A stretch of DNA of 48,160 nucleotides from an uncultured bacterium (GTDB lineage: Bacteria; Patescibacteriota; Minisyncoccia; Phycocordibacterales; PALSA-1337). The notes beneath the pieces were generated by a model that had not been told where the DNA came from, made no database searches, and saw only the letters and a list, made by a program, of their open reading frames with translations. The translations under genes and the position numbers were made by a program. Below are positions 47,570-48,160 of the stretch, in pieces. Location: NCBI GenBank assembly GCA_903876465.1, contig CAIRAF010000065.1, forward strand, positions 1-48,160, written 5' to 3'. How positions within the stretch are numbered: position 1 is the stretch's first letter; every line of letters starts with the position of its first letter.

Positions 47570-47872
47570 ATGCGTATCATTCAAAGAAAATATTTAAAAG
47601 CAACCGGTATTACTCGCCTAGTACCCAGCAGTGACCATTATTGGTCCAAACAGTTGAAAGTCACATCACCGCGCCTACAGATTTTGGATCTATTAAAGGA
47701 ATCAAATAAACCACTTTCTCTTAAAGATATTCATGAAAAATTACCTTTCATACATACAGCTACAGTATACAGAACACTTAATTCACTAATTAAAATGAAT
47801 ATCATCTGGAAAATTTATCCACATACAAGAAAACGAGCCTTATTTGAAATAAGACCTAAATCGTCAAAATAA
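47570..47872 (+). CDS. Fur-family-like winged-helix protein lacking the metal-binding/dimerisation domain
   Basis: 100-aa ORF. VTSPRLQILDLLKESNKPLSLKDIHEKLPFIHTATVYRTLNSLIKMNII matches the Fur N-terminal DNA-binding domain. The ORF stops right after it and overlaps the convergent rnj 3' end by 17 nt. Confidence 0.55.
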   Translation: MRIIQRKYLKATGITRLVPSSDHYWSKQLKVTSPRLQILDLLKESNKPLSLKDIHEKLPFIHTATVYRTLNSLIKMNIIWKIYPHTRKRALFEIRPKSSK

Positions 47873-48160
47873 CTGGAATAACCATCGGTCTCTTAGCCGT
47901 CTTCTGCAAAAGATATTTTTGCACAGCGTCAGTAATATTATCTTTAACGATATCAAGATTGAGCGGATTCATGCCTTTTGTCGAAGCATCTGCAGTCTCA
48001 CGTATGAGTAGGCGTACTTCATGAAGGAGCTCCTGTGATTCGCGTAGATAGACGAAACCACGTGAGATTATATCAGGTGACTTTTTAAGTTTACCAGTCT
48101 GTGCATTCATGATACCAAAGATGATAAAGATACCATCTTGAGCTAGCGCTTGACGATCAC
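47856..48160 (-). CDS. rnj: Ribonuclease J, C-terminal part (runs off the window)
   Basis: PDIISRGFVYLRESQELLHEV is the typical RNase J C-terminal region. The frame stays open upstream of the listed Met to the window edge (..DRQALAQDGIFIIFGIMNAQTGKL). Confidence 0.7.
   Translation of the reverse strand, partial: DRQALAQDGIFIIFGIMNAQTGKLKKSPDIISRGFVYLRESQELLHEVRLLIRETADASTKGMNPLNLDIVKDNITDAVQKYLLQKTAKRPMVIPVILTI

Overview
The window is AT-rich, tightly packed and read with the standard genetic code. Its gene content and style look like a small-genome, probably monoderm, Patescibacteria/CPR-like bacterium; that taxonomic call is inference. All homology calls come from motifs recognised by eye, because no searches could be run. 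Shine-Dalgarno sequences appear weak or absent before most starts. Three blocks are visible.

(1) 68-7329, minus strand: a tightly overlapping glycan-biosynthesis operon. It runs gmd, a NUDIX hydrolase, fcl, a Wzx-type flippase, an exostosin-like GT, two SAM methyltransferases and a GT2. It diverges from a multi-TM O-antigen-ligase-like/TPR protein (7427-9739).

(2) 9975-17110: housekeeping genes (murB, secA, a zinc-ribbon miniprotein, NUDIX, obg, gatB). The spacers here carry conspicuous structured elements, including a duplicated two-hairpin element on both sides of secA.

(3) 17207-39389: the most unusual region.
- A divergent pair of HTH genes, one of them membrane-tethered.
- Three paralogous small secreted beta-rich proteins.
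- A 14.7-kb gene encoding a 4,906-aa mosaic surface fibre. It has FN3 domains, an internal two-TM hairpin, about 15 tail-fibre-like modules, Gly-rich and YadA-head-like tracts, a C-terminal globular module and an S/T/P tail.
- A C-terminally anchored secreted protein with a DUF916-like layout.
- A second O-antigen-ligase-like/TPR paralogue.

I read block 3 as a candidate, apparently undescribed, cell-surface fibre/adhesin assembly locus, possibly with a glycosylation step.

The remainder (39492-48160) is housekeeping: an RRM RNA-binding protein, a LOG-family protein, tgt, a YerC/TrpR-like protein, a PfkB kinase, a class II aldolase, small membrane peptides, a type IV pilin-like protein, L25/Ctc, a coiled-coil lytic-transglycosylase-like protein, a truncated Fur-like wHTH and the 3' end of RNase J. 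I saw no tRNA, rRNA, CRISPR array, transposase or integrase.
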